From positions 96,722,001 to 96,786,000 of the forward strand of contig NC_087436.1 of NCBI RefSeq assembly GCF_036321535.1: 64,000 nucleotides of DNA, written 5' to 3'. The stretch's first letter is position 1. The number at the start of each line of letters is the position of its first letter. This document shows positions 11,881-25,149 of the stretch, piece by piece. The notes under the pieces were generated by a model. The model worked only from the letters and a program-made list of their open reading frames with translations. It was not told where the DNA came from and did not search any database. This DNA comes from Camelus dromedarius (Eukaryota). The position numbers were made by a program, and so were the translations under genes.

Positions 11881-13289
11881 ATTTCAGTAAAACAACTCAA
11901 TATATACATTATATAATTATATATTTAATAATATATGGTACATAATGTATATACCAAATAATACACATGTACTGTATAAAACACAAAAATATATATACCC
12001 ATGTGTGTATGCATGCATATATAAACACACAGATTTTCTCAGTATGACTCTTCAGTTTTTCTCTTGGCTTAACTTAATATATCTATACATTGTTTTCCTT
12101 TGTTCTTTTGCCAGGGCTCAGTAAAGATAGTAAAGTTAGTTTTCACATATCATTCACTCTGCATCTTGTGAATTAGTCTCATGGGGTGAGCTGTCAAGTG
12201 AACACATCCCATGGCTGATTTTATATTAGAACAAGTGTCCTGAGCCTTCTTTATGACATGATCACCTTGAGACTACATCCCTTTTATGTGACCATTCCCT
12301 CAGGCATGACAGATAAAGACAGCTTGGTTGAATGTCATATTCTTTTGCCCTATACTCTGTTTATATCAGGAGCACACAGTAAGTTTCCCTTGACCTAGGC
12401 AGAACTTATTAATCTAAAATTAGGCCAAAATGTATTTGTCATGATACATGAAACTTCACAGTAGAGGCTTTACATAGTAGGGTGAGTTTTCCCTTCAGTG
12501 GTATATGTTGGCACTGGAAAATGGAGAGACACAATTAATTCAAATCAGAAAATGTTAAATCCATGTAAGTCTTGTGGAAGGGATTCATTATCCAAAATTA
12601 ACTGTATGTATCTTAAAAATCACATTACTTTGAAGATTTTGAAAGACAACTCCAATAGACAAAGTATTATCTTTCAGCATAATGAGAACATGCTTATAGC
12701 AAATTGAATTCTGACACAAATAAGAAATTCCAGAAACTAAAATAATTTTCTAGTGGATTGTTAAAAGATTGTTAGGCATTTATGAGATATTTTCCTATGA
12801 GGGGACTAATGCAGTTGGCATAAATAGAATAAAGTAATCCTATTTGGATTTTAACAGATGTGAAATTAGAAATCCAGTTCCCATAGGTGGGGATTCTTTT
12901 TTCTTAAGTAGCACAGCTCAAATTTTAGAAATGGTCTCCAAATAGGAGGCAGTGTCTATTAATTAATTCATTCATCCAAATATTTTTCTGTGCATGTCAT
13001 AGCCAGGCTAGGGTAGAGGTTCAGATCATTAACTTGTCTCTTAGGAGTAGAGCAAAAAGTTAGGAATGGCTTGTGGACTTGTGAATTATACTCCTTTTTC
13101 TATTTTAAAAAGTTATGATTTAGAGACTGACTTGCATTCCTGGTTTCTCATATTTTGAAAAGGTGGGCATAAAATTTCTCTTATGACCATCCCAAAACAT
13201 AGGTAGGTGATTCTCAATGTTTAGTGCCTGAGAATCATCTTAAGTAATGTTTTCAAATGAAGATCATATTTTTTTATTTAAAAAATTAT

Positions 13290-15737
13290 TTTTTCCTTTT
13301 AAGTGGAATTTATTTTTTAGAGCAGTTTTAGTTTCAAAGCAAAACTGATCAGAAGGTACAGAGTTCCCATATACCCTCTACCCCCTACAAACAAAGCACA
13401 ACTTCTCTCACTATTGACATCCTGCAAAAGAACTGTAACACTTGTTACAATTGATGGACCTACCATCATCAGAGCAGTAAGGATACTGTATTGACACATC
13501 ATTATCATCCAAAGTCCTTAGTTTACATTAGGGTACATTCTTGATGTTGTACATTCTGTGGGTTTTAACAAATGTATAATGACATATATCCTCCATTGTA
13601 GTGTCATACAGAATTGTTTCACTGCCTCCCACTCCCAATTCTCTGTGCTTCACCTATTCATCCCATCCTCCCTTGTAACCCCTGGCAACCACTGATTTTT
13701 ATATTATCTACATTGTTTTTGCTCTTTCCAGAACATTATATATTTGAAATAATATAGTGTGAAACCTTTTCTGACTGGCTTCTTTTGCTTAGTAATGTAC
13801 ATTTGAGATTCCTCTATGTCTTTTCATGGCTTGATAACTCATTCCTTTTCGTGCTAAATTATGTTCCTTGTCTGGATGTACAACGGTTTATCCATTCCCC
13901 TGTTGAAGAACATATTGGATGCTTCCAAGTTTTGGCAATTATGAACAAAGCTGCTATAAACATCTGTGTTTAGATTTTTCTGTGGACATCAGATTTCAAC
14001 TCATTCGGGTAAATGCTAAAGAATGTGATTGCTTGATTGTATGGTATACATTTACTTTTGTAGGATACTGCCAAATTGTCTTCCAAGGTGACTGTACCAT
14101 TTTTCATTTCTACTACCACCAATGAATGAGAGTTCCTATTATTCCCCATCCTCACCAGCATTTCGTGTTGTCAGTGTTCTGGATTTTGGCCATTCTCCTA
14201 AATGTGTAATGTATCTCATTGTTTCAATTTGCATTTTCCATATGACATGTAATGTGAAACATCTTTTCCCATGCTTATTTGCTGTCTGTATATCTTCTTT
14301 GGTGAGGTGTCTGTTAAGGTCTTTGGCCAATTTTTTAATCAGGTTGTTTGTTTCCTCTTTGTTGAGTTTTAAGGGTTCTTTATCAGATGTATCTCTTGTA
14401 AATATTTTCTCCCAGGTCGTGGCTTATGTTTGTAGTCTCTTGTCAGTGTCTTTCAAAGAGTAGAAATTTCCAATTTTAATGAAGTCCACCTGACCTATTA
14501 TTTCTTTCATGCATTCTGCCTTTGTGTTGTGTCTAAAAAGTCATCATCATACCCAGTGTCATCTAGGTTTTCTCCTATGTTGTCTTCTAGGAGTTTCATA
14601 GTTTTGTGTTTACATTTGGTTCAGTGTTATATTTTGAGTTAATTTTTGTGAATAGTGTAGGGTCTGTCTGGATTCACTCTTTTTTTGCCTGTGGATTTTC
14701 AGTTGTTTCAGCACTATTTGTTAAAAGGACTGTGTTTGCCCCATTGTATTGCCTTTGCTCCTCTGTCAAAGATCAGTTACTTATATTTATGTTGGTCTAT
14801 TTCTGGGCTCTCTATTCTGTTCCATTGATCTATTTGTCTGTTCTTTTGGCAGTACCACATTGCGTTGATTACTATGGCTTTATAATAAGACTTGAAACCA
14901 GGTGTTGTCAGTCTTCTAACTTTGTTCCTTTTCCTTTTTTCCTTTAATATTTTGTTGGCTATTCTGGGTCTTTTGCCTCTCTATATAGGCTGTATAAACG
15001 TTAGAATGTGTTAATATACACAAAATAACTTGTTGAGATTTTGATTGTTAGTGTGTTGAATCTACAGATCAAGCTGGGAAGAACTGACATCTTAACTATA
15101 TTGAATCTTACTGTCTGAGAACACAGAATATATCTCAATTTAGGTATTTTTAAATTTCTTTTATCAGAGTTTTGTAGTTTTCTTGACGTAGATCATGTAA
15201 ATATTTTGTTATATTAATACATAAACATTTCATTCTTTGGGGGTGCTGATGTAATGGTAGCTTGTTTTTCGTTTCCAATCCTATTTGTTCATTGCTGGTA
15301 TACAGGAAAGTAATTGCCTTTTGTATATTAATCTTGTAGCTTGAAACCTTGCTATAATTCCTTATTAGTTCCAGAAGTTTTTTTTTTTTGTCTAATCTTT
15401 CAAATTTCTACATACACAATCATGTCATCTGCAAACAAAGGAGTTATATTTCTTCCTTCCCAATCTCTATACCTTTTATTTTGTTTTCTTATCTTATTGC
15501 ATTAGCTAGGACTTTCTAGAACAATGTTGAAAAGGAGTGGTAAAAGTGTACATTCTAGACTTATTCCTGATTTTAGCAAGGAAACTGAATTTTCACCATT
15601 AAGTATGATGTTAGCTATAGGGTTTTTTTTTTTTTTTTGTAGACATTCTTTATCCAGTTGAGGAAGTTCCCCTCTATTCTTAGTTTTACTGAGAGTTTTT
15701 ATTATGAATGAGTGTTGGACTTCATTGGATGCTTTTA
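13290..15737 (-). mobile_element. L1MC1/2-like LINE, 3'UTR plus disrupted ORF2
   Basis: Diagnostic end 'tttattttttagagcagttttag...cagagttcccatatacc'; antisense ORF2 remnants (e.g. [24 protein letters not shown]). Confidence 0.88.
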
Positions 15738-15775
15738 AATTTCCAACAGAGCTATGAATTTCCAACAGAGTTATG
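15738..15775. repeat. 19-bp tandem duplication AATTTCCAACAGAG(C/T)TATG
   Basis: Two copies with one mismatch, read directly. Confidence 0.9.
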
Positions 15776-15779
15776 AATG

Positions 15780-15950
15780 GAGTCTGAAATGCCTGAGGTA
15801 AATCTTGTGTACTACCCTTTATTAGGGAGTTAATCTCAAAGAGCATGAGTATAAAGTAACAGGAATGAGGAAGGGGAGAAGGAAAATTCAATATAAGGAT
15901 ACATTATCAAGTTGATTGCTACTTTGTTTCAAGGAGGACAGTTGGTGCAG
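15780..15950 (-). mobile_element. Old ERVL-type LTR fragment (LTR16/LTR33-like)
   Basis: 'tttattagggagttaatctcaaagagcatgagt' resembles these LTRs; weak. Confidence 0.35.
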
Positions 15951-15972
15951 TCAGATTAACATGGGTAAAATT

Positions 15973-16108
15973 GGTGGTGGTACAGTTGTTTGCCACAATG
16001 GAAACTGTAAGAGCTGGATCCCTTGAGCTCAGGAATTTGGGGCTGCAGTGTGCTCTACCAATTGGAAATCCACTTCAGCTTTAGCATCAACGTGATAAAG
16101 CTCCAGAA
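15973..16108 (+). pseudogene. 7SL (SRP RNA) retrocopy fragment
   Basis: 'ggatcccttgagctcaggaatttggggctgcagtgtgctct...gcatcaacgtgata' aligns by eye to 7SL 'GGATCGCTTGAGTCCAGGAGTTCTGGGCTGTAGTGCGCTAT...GCATCAATATGGTG'. Confidence 0.7.
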
Positions 16109-16293
16109 ACAAAGCATTATCAAGTTGTCATTATCTAGCATGACAGCTGAGTCCTGGATTAGATATTCAACATTCACAACAATTATTTACTACTTTTTAC
16201 ATTTATTATTTTCTATTTTATATATTTATGGCACAACTATTACAAATTTTAAATCTTTTTCTTTACTTATAATAGAAAAAATTTAAAAAAAAA

Positions 16294-16775
16294 TTTTTAA
16301 CTTTTTTTAATTGAAGTATAGTCAGTTTACAATATGTCAATTTCTGGTGTACAGCACAATGCTTCAGTCATACATGAATATACATATATTTGTTTTCATA
16401 TTCTTTTTCACTGTAAGCTACTACAAGATATTGAATATAGTTCCCTGTGCTATACAGTATAAACTTGTTTATTTATTTTATATATACCAGTCAGTATCTG
16501 CAGATCTCAAACTCCCAATTTATCCTTTCCCATCCTCTTCCCCCCTGGTAACCATAAGTTTGTTTTCAATGTCTGTGAGTCTGTTTCTGCTTTATAAATA
16601 AGTTCATTTGTCTTTTTTTTTTTTAGGTTCTGCATATGAGTGATATCATATGGTATTTTTCTTTCTCTTTCTGGCTTACTTCATCTAGAATGACATTCTC
16701 CAGGGCCATCCATGTTGCTGCAGATGGCATTATTTTTCATTTTTTATGGCTGTGTTGTATTCCATTGTATAAATA
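16294..16775 (-). mobile_element. Young artiodactyl/camelid-type L1 3' end
   Basis: 'attgaagtatagtcagtttacaat...ttccctgtgctatacagtataaac' and ORF2 end. Confidence 0.88.
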
Positions 16776-17729
16776 TGTTTTTAAAATACAAAAAGAATCA
16801 ACAGATTAATGAGCTGTTATGCAACTATCACCAAGTTTCAACATCGACCAACACATGACTGATATTATTTACAGAATTATTATGTCATTTTCTTATATGT
16901 AAAGAGTTAGAATTAGAATGTGACAAAGGCATAATGATCTTGATTAAGTTGGGATAGGACTGGAGGTCTAGCAAACCCAACAATTTAGATGAATTCCAGG
17001 GTTTAGGATATCACCAACAGGCTTACTATGATAGCTACTATTTACTTGTTGCTTTATATTGTTTATTTAATCACTCATCTCATCAACTCTAGCAGAAGAA
17101 TCTTTCTCTAAAAGTTACTTTTGGAGAAATGCCTCAGTTCAGTTTTTGGTATATTCATGGAGTTAAGTATATAAATGGTGACTAGATGGCTTTTGAAAAT
17201 GATACAGTTTATAAATCTAACCTAATGGTAACTCACAAGTAAATAACACTCGGTGTCTTTGATGAATTAGTGTTATGCAACCCTAGCATTACTTAATTGA
17301 AGAGAATAAAAACCTAATTCTAGGTAAGGCAATTTATTGTCCAGGATGCTCTGAATTTCATATCTGTGTTTTAGGCCTGACCTGTGCAGGCTAGTTGCTG
17401 AATAATTAAGAAGAATGATATTCACCAGTCCAGACTCCAGGATGCCTGCTTTCAGTAACCATCTGCTAATGAAACCCCTGAGAATTCCCACAGAGCAGAG
17501 AAAACAAACGTTATACAATTATGCCAGGCATTTCTCACTTCCTTTATAGTAATACACCATCCAATTAACAACCTGGTGGGCCTAGGGATTCATAAAATTT
17601 TGAATAGAACTTTTAGGCTTTCTCAAATCAACTGCTAGAATTAAATATAAAAGGAAACAAGATCATTAGATGAAAACTTTATCTATAAATATTTAATTTC
17701 TTGTCTTAGAATAGGACACTAAGTTTTAA

Positions 17730-17925
17730 TCCATGGCATCAGATCACAGAGTCGGGAAGGACCTTGAGAGGTCATCCAGTCCAGACCCCTGCCTCTGGGA
17801 TGGACTGTGTCCAGAACCTGCTGGCGAATAGCTGGGTCTCATTTCCCTAAAATCAATAGGGAGGAACGGGCCTACCCGTTCCTCAGTCAGAAGAGTCAGG
17901 ATATTTCAGCATCTAAAAGTCTCAC
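17730..17925 (-). mobile_element. CR1/L3 3' end relic
   Basis: 'ggaaggaccttgagaggtcatccagtccagacccctgcc' matches the antisense CR1/L3 tail. Confidence 0.55.
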
Positions 17926-19523
17926 TTATTCACAACAGACTTCAAATCTCAGAGAAAGTCTTTGTTCCTCCGTCTATTCCACTGGAGATCAGAACTTTTT
18001 CCCCTGGGTCTCATCATGTGCTTTGCAAAGAAGGAAACTTCAAAATAAAAGTTCAGACAATAATGACACATTCTCTGCTCATAAACAGTGTAGGGCATTG
18101 CCAGGTGGTACAACTGGCAGACAACATATTCCTGGTATCTTTTTCTCATGAGACCCTTTTATTATATGGCATCTCATCAGAAAGTACAGGTAATTAACTA
18201 TCTACATTAACAAAGGTCAATTTACTTGATTAAAGTCTATTTTGCCTCATAGCTTCTCACAGTAGCTAAGGGCAATATTCCCCACCAGATCAACAAATTA
18301 ATTCCTAATTTTGCAATGAAGAGATCGATGCAGAAAAAAAAAATGTCCTCCCCTATTAGTATTTCTGACATTTTCTAGGACATGGGTTTGTACATAGTAC
18401 ACTCTCAGCTAGTGTTCAAATGAATAAATGATGAAGGAAGAAACAAATGCACAAAAGATGAACAAACCACTGTTGAATAACTTGCAAGTTTGGGAACTGA
18501 ACTGACTTTGCTTGATGATGCATATTTTTCCATTTTGGTTCTGTTTTATCCTCTACCTGAGTTTGTAATCCTTCTACAGGTGGATTTGACATATTATCTT
18601 CTGAATTTTTCTAAGAGTATCTCATATAACTCTTTGCTAATCTTATGTCTGCAAAATTGCATGCAGATGAGCCCAGTATTAGACCAAATGAGTCTCTGTT
18701 CTGATCTGCCTGACAATGCCTTGCTTCCTTACTCTCTGGCCTTCCATTTATATCAGTGTCAATATAATCAGTATCTTCATGAGGTTGTAATTTGGGAAAT
18801 GTTAATAAGGAAGTCATTTCTTCATTGTGAAATTGAGGATGAATTTGGTGAATGGATGGGAAATGCTTGGAACAGTCTCAGAGAAATTTGTTTGGAAGTC
18901 ATTCAGCACTTTCCTTGTTACTGAAAAACAATTAGCAAAAATACAAGCTAAGAAATTAATGAGCTAGATGTGAATATGATCAGTGATTTTACTAAACAGT
19001 GTGTAGAAGAGAGAAGGGGAAAAATCATCATATAATCAGGATCTGGTGTATTCAACACTGGGAAAAGGAGGAAATTTCTCAATTTATTAGGATTTGTTTG
19101 AGTATTACAATATTTCAGCTCAGAGTACTATATGAGCATGGCAAAAACCAATGAAAGAGAGCTTTGAATAAAGTTATATCTTCCTGAACAAACCTAACAT
19201 CATTTTGGAATTAAATTCTGTCAGCTCACACAATGTCGTGTTATTTTTCTCTTCTACAGAACAATCTCAGAGTTGAGTAAAGGTGTTAATTATCTTTGTT
19301 GGAATGTCATGTCCTAACTTGTTAATATTCCTAAAAGGCTATCCCTGAAATAAAGTATTGGTTCTCTGTAGGACTGCTTCCTGCTGAAGACGTAAGAGTG
19401 GCAAAAGCAGAAAACACGTTTGGTACACATTCTTTCTTGTCTTATGAAATGGATATCTTCATAGAACAAATCTGTAAACCAAATTTTATAAATCAGGTGT
19501 ATTTAGGTAATAGAGGAGCTCCA

Positions 19524-19666
19524 GTCTGTCTGTCTGTCTGTTTGTCTGTCTATCTATCATCATCTATGTATCTATCATCTATGTATTTATCTACCATCTA
19601 TCTATGTAACTAATCTATCGATCGCTCTATCCATCTATCATCAATCAAGCTATCTACTTACCTACT
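19524..19666. repeat. Compound (TCTG)n/(TCTA)n tetranucleotide STR
   Basis: Read directly. Confidence 0.9.
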
Positions 19667-21869
19667 TAGGACTCTTAACATAAACACCTCAAGAAAATAT
19701 AATCAATTGCTGTTAAATATATATTTTGAATGTCCTTAAGCAATAAACTACAGTGTTTCCACTACTATGCTGAAAAGAATTATCTATCAGCCCTCTCATC
19801 CATATGGCAGAGGTCTTTGGCAGCAATTTTCAGCAAGGTGCTGATAAAACTAAGAATGCCTAACTTACAGATAGATTCCCTGTCCAAAAACCTAGGAAAG
19901 CAACAGAAAAAAAATTCATAGGTGGCCTGAAACCTTTTATTGAAGCAGTTACTACAAATCTACTAATTCAACTCCAAAATGAAAAATAAAAGAAATGTGA
20001 TTGGATTTTGTTATAGCACAAAATCTTACTAGTTGCTAGAAAGTAAAACTGTGAATATATTTATTTCATTTGTTTAAATGAGGGAATATCAACATAACAT
20101 TTAAGAAATACACTAGAATTCCTGGAGAAGGAAATACATAGAATATGCTTGGCCCACCACATAATATTATTTTTTCTTAGACAATCATTCTGTACCTTGT
20201 TTATATTAAATTCAAGGCAATCTGTGGAGCCATGTATCATCCAAAGAAAACTCCTTAGAGGGAAGATCAGGGTCATACTTGGCAGATTGATGCTTTATTT
20301 TCCCCTCAGCATTCAGAAATGCAGCTCACATCTGATGAAGTGGTGAGGCTGTCATCAAAGGGACCTGAAGCTGACCTCTTCTATTTGAAGAGATCCAGGA
20401 CATGAGAGCAGGGAGCAATGATTTCCCTTCTGCTGTCACCTCTGTGAACTGGTTCCCTAATGATGGGTGTATTTAAAACAGTTCTGCAAATGATACCCAA
20501 GGGCATTGTCTCTGAGCAGATTTAGGCAGCTGCTAGGAGCAGGCAAGTTTTGAGAACGCACACTCTTCCTTTTCACTGGGAAACCATTTTTCAACCATAC
20601 CCATATGCCCGGCTATTCTTCTTTCAAACGTTTACTGCCTTTAAAAATTTATCTTGATAAATTGAAAAAGAGAATAATACTAAAAAATGAAACATCATAT
20701 TATTCTCTTCTATTCTAAATTAGCAACTGCTAACATTTTGTCATATTTGTTCTCAGTCTTTTTTTGTTTGTTTCTCTAAGAAATATATCAAACAGGAGAA
20801 TTAATGTAGCAAAGGAAAATTTTTGTTTTATTATTTGCCTTTCCTTTGGCACTGTCACAACCACCATAAGCAGATCCTATTAATTTGAATAAATACTTTT
20901 GTGTGCACAGAGATTTTCCATTCAAGATCCCTTTCCAAACATATTTAACAAGAAGAGAAGACATTTCTCCAGCACAGTTCAGTTGGCAGTCTTGTAATGT
21001 GTTAGTAATCTTTGATCTCAGACAGATGCCCTAAAAGTTCATCACTGGAGAAATACACTTAGATTAACATTTCCTTCTCAAGATTGAAGTGGGAAATGAC
21101 ATATGTGCTTGGCCACTTAGCCTCAAACTGAGAAAAATCTAAAAAAAAAATGATATCTTGAAAGAACAAATTTAAACCAGTCATTTTCAAGATCTTAAAG
21201 TATGTATATATTGTACATTTCTTATATTTTCTTTTCCCACCTACATCTAAAAAGTCTTGGCAAGACCTGTTGGGGTAATAGAATTTTAAGCATATGGGCC
21301 AGCTTTATGGCCAGAGACATATTTTGAATGTTTGGTAATGCATAAAACTTTGGCTGTGGGGGAACCAGCTCATCTTAATATCTGACTTCTCTAGACCATT
21401 TAGGGCAAGAATTAAATGTCAATACTTCATAAACACTGGATCCAGAGAATATGAAATGTATTTGGTTTCCTTCTTTAAGACCACAAGAATAAATACCAAA
21501 ATCTATAGCTGATGAAGACTGTGTATCTCACTAGATATTTCATGGAATTTTATATCAGCTGAAGAAGTAACTCATACTTTTTTATTAGAAAAACTATTTA
21601 TTATGAAAGGTTTCAAGTTTTTAAAATGTGCTTTGGCTACTTTATAAGCTAAGTATGAAAACTTTACTTAGCTTCTCAGAAAAAGTACACAGATTCAGTG
21701 TTTGGGGTATAGGAGGAAGATTCTAGTGAGGTAGGGTAAGGTGGGTGCCAAGATTAAGTTACACATGGATTATATAAAGCACAAATATATCACTGAAGGG
21801 TGGGAAGACGAAGTCTTGCTCATGGAAATAGTCACTGAGTATCCACCCTTACGTCCTTTGGGTCTTTTC

Positions 21870-22167
21870 ACAAAGGTTACCTTCACAGAGGTCCTATCTG
21901 TTAATTCCAATTTAAAATTGTGACCTCTTCCCCTCTCCAGAATGTTCTATTTCCTTTCCTTCCTTGCTTTGTATTGTTCATATTATTATCAGTATCTGCC
22001 AAATTATATATTTTACTTATTTGTTTATTTTCTGTCCCATCTTACTAGAATATGAGCTCCCTAAAGACAAAGAGTTTTGTCTATCATGGTCACCACTGTG
22101 TCTCCAATATTTAGGAGAATACCTGATACACAGTAGGTTTTCAATAAATATTTGTTAAATGAATGAA
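21870..22167 (+). mobile_element. L2a 3' end
   Basis: 'ctagaatatgagctcc...cacagtaggttttcaataaatatttgttaaatgaatgaa'. Confidence 0.8.
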
Positions 22168-22264
22168 AGAGTATACGAAAAGTAGACACATTCAGCTGTT
22201 TATTTTATGAAGCTATTAATGTTGCTATACATGATTTCTTTTGTTTAAAGACACTAAAATACAA

Positions 22265-23085
22265 TGTATTTTATGAGGCTAGCACAAACTTGATAATAAA
22301 CCTGACACGATCAGTATTAAAAAGGAAAATGGAAAAAAAATAGGCTAACATGTTTCATGAAAAAGATGCAAAATCTCAGGTGAAATATTAATACACCAAA
22401 CTTCAGTAATGAATTTTTTAAAAAAATTTCCATTATTATCAAGGTGGATTTTTCCAAAGAATGCTAGATACATTAGTAGATGAAGACAAAAATCATTTGT
22501 CCCTCTGGATAGATGCAAAAGTTTTATAAAAGTCAACACGCATTCATGATTAAAAACAAGTAAGTGTGGGAAGAGAAAGGACTTCTCTTAACCAGGTAAA
22601 GGATGTCTACAAAAAATATAGCAAACATCATATTTAACAGTGAAATTTGGAACATACGATTTGAGGTAAGAAACAAGGAAGCCTGATAATAGAAATTCCT
22701 CCCAGCATTGACTGGAGTTCCTATCTACTACAGTTAGAGAGAAAAAGAGAGGAAAAGAAACTTGAAAAACCAAAGATTAAAAATTTGAAAAATGTCTATT
22801 CATAGATTTTGTTCATAGAAAATGCCAAAGGGAATCTACAGAAATGTTAGAATTAATAAGAGAGTTCAGCAAGGTAACTGGATAAAAAATAACAAATATA
22901 TTGTATTCTCTATAACAACAGTAGGAAGTTAGAAAATTAAATCTTAAAATATACTATTTATAGTATTATAAAAATATGAAGTATCTTGGAAAAAAATCAT
23001 GTTCATGTTTTCAAACATTCAACATGAAGAGGTTAATTTTTCACAAATTCATCTATAGAGTCAATGCAATTCTAAACATGTCCCT
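22265..23085 (+). mobile_element. Ancient L1 ORF2 remnant
   Basis: Degenerate RT-region motifs 'atagatgcaaaa...cattcatgattaaaa', 'gaattaataagagagttcagcaagg'. Confidence 0.7.
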
Positions 23086-23109
23086 ATATTATTTCTTTCA
23101 CTATTTATT

Positions 23110-24645
23110 TATCTACTTATTTGAAGTATAATTTACTTGTAATAATATATTAGCTTTAGGTGTACTACAGTGTTTGATATTTTTATACATTATGAAAGGA
23201 TCACTACAAGCCTAGTTATCGTCTGTCACATACAAAGTTTTTACATTATTCACTGTGTTCCCTATGATATGCATTACATCCCTGTGACTTATTTTCTTTT
23301 GAGCAGTTAAACAATTATTTTAAAATTGACATTTAATAAAAAATTTATTCATTTTGGTGTGCAGTTATATGAGTTTTGGCAAATGCCTAGAGTCATCTGA
23401 CAACCACTAGAATCAAGATTCAGAATAGTTCTTTATTTTATAACTAGAAGTTTCTACCTCTTAATCTCCTTAACCTGTTTCACACACTCCCACTCCCTTC
23501 CCCGTGAACCACCAGTTTGTTCTCTGTATCCATGAATCTGCTTCTGTTTTATGACATTTGTTCATTTGTTTTGTATTTTAGATTTCACATTATAAGTGAG
23601 ATTGAATGATATTTGTCTTTCTCTGTCTGACTTATTTTACTTAGTGTGATACCTTCTATGTTGTCCATCCATGTTGTCTCAAATGACATTTCATTCTTTT
23701 TTTATGGCTGAGTAACACCACATCTATACCTATTCATCTATTGATGGACACTTAGGCTTATTCCATATCTTGGCTATTGTAAATAACACTGCAGTGAACA
23801 GTATGATGTGTGCATCTTTGTGAATTAATGTTTTGTTTTCTTTACTTAAATACACAGAAGTGGAATTACTGAATCATATGGTAGTTCTATTTTATCCTTT
23901 GGAGGAACCTCCATTCTGTTTTCCACAGTGGCTTTACCAGTTTATATTCCCAACAACAGTGAATGAGGAGTCCCTTCTCCACATGCTCACCAACACTTGT
24001 TATTTCTTACCTTTCCAAAATAGCCAAGTGTGAGGTGATATCTTATTGTGGTTTTGGTTTGTATTTCTCTGATGATTAGTGATTTTGAGCATCTTTTCAT
24101 GTGCCTGTTGGGCATTCTTATGTCTTCTTTGGAAAATTATTTATACAGGTTTTCTGCCCATTCCTTAATCAGATTTTTTTTTGATACTGAGTCATAAGAG
24201 TTCCTTGTATATTTTCGGTATTAACCCCTCATCAGTTATACAATTTACAAATATCTTCTCCCATTCAGTAGACAGCCTTTTTGTTTTGTTGATAGTTTCC
24301 TTCACTGTGCAAAAAGTGTTTTAGTCTGATATAATCCCATTTGTTTATTTTTGCTTTTATTTCCTTTGCCTGAGGAGACAGGTTCAAAAAAAATATTGCT
24401 AAGACCAATGTCCAAGAGTGTATTGCCTAGGTCCTAGGATTTTTGTGGTTTCAGGTCTTATATTTAAATCTTTAATCCACTTGGAATTAATTTTTATATA
24501 TGGTGTAAGAAAGTGGTCTAGTTTTGTACTTTTTCATGTAACTATCCAGCTTTTCCAACATTATTTATTGAAGAGACCATCTTTTCCCCATTGTATTTTT
24601 GCCTCCTTTGTTATAGAGTCATTGACCATGCATGCATAGGTTTAT
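23110..24645 (-). mobile_element. L1MA9-like LINE (3'UTR plus ORF2 remnant) with an internal insertion at 23296-23432
   Basis: Antisense L1 3' end and ORF2 ('gatgattagtgattttgagcatcttttcatgtgcctgttgg'). Confidence 0.85.
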
Positions 24646-24745
24646 TATTCCTACATTTTTCTGATGGACTGACAAAGGACTATTATCTAGAATGTGTATA
24701 TATGTATTTGCATGTTTAGTTTATATTTATGTCTATGTTTGTGTT

Positions 24746-25108
24746 TGCTATAGACTGAATATTTGTTTCTCTCCTAGATTCATATATAGAATCCTAATCC
24801 ACAGGGTGATGGTATTTGGAGGTGGAGCTTTTAGAAGGTGATTAGGTCCTGAGGGTGGAGCCCTCATTAACCAGATTAGTGCCATTATAAATGAGATTTC
24901 AGTGACATTCCTTGTGCCTTCTACCATATGAAGACACAGCGAGAAGATAGTTTATGAACCAAGAAGCAAGTGTTCACCAGACACCAATACTGCTAACATC
25001 TTGATCTTGGACTTTTCTAGCCTCCAGAACTTTGAGAAATAAATTTCTTTGTTTATAATCCACTCAGTCTATGCTATTTTGTTATAACACTTTAAATGGA
25101 CTAAGCCA
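24746..25108 (+). mobile_element. Complete MLT1A-type MaLR solo LTR
   Basis: TG...CA ends, AATAAA, near-TSD GTGTT/ATGTT. Confidence 0.85.
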
Positions 25109-25149
25109 ATGTTTAAGTTTAGTTTTATATTTGTATTTATTTTTTAAGA

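Noticed and set aside
13785..15891. Cluster of hydrophobic ORFs
   Set aside because: Antisense or broken frames of a decayed L1 ORF2.
15973..16108. Alu element
   Set aside because: Similarity follows 7SL beyond the Alu-shared part; no dimer or A-tail.
18490..18924. 144-aa ORF
   Set aside because: Non-ATG start, overlaps MIR-like relics and has no recognisable domain.
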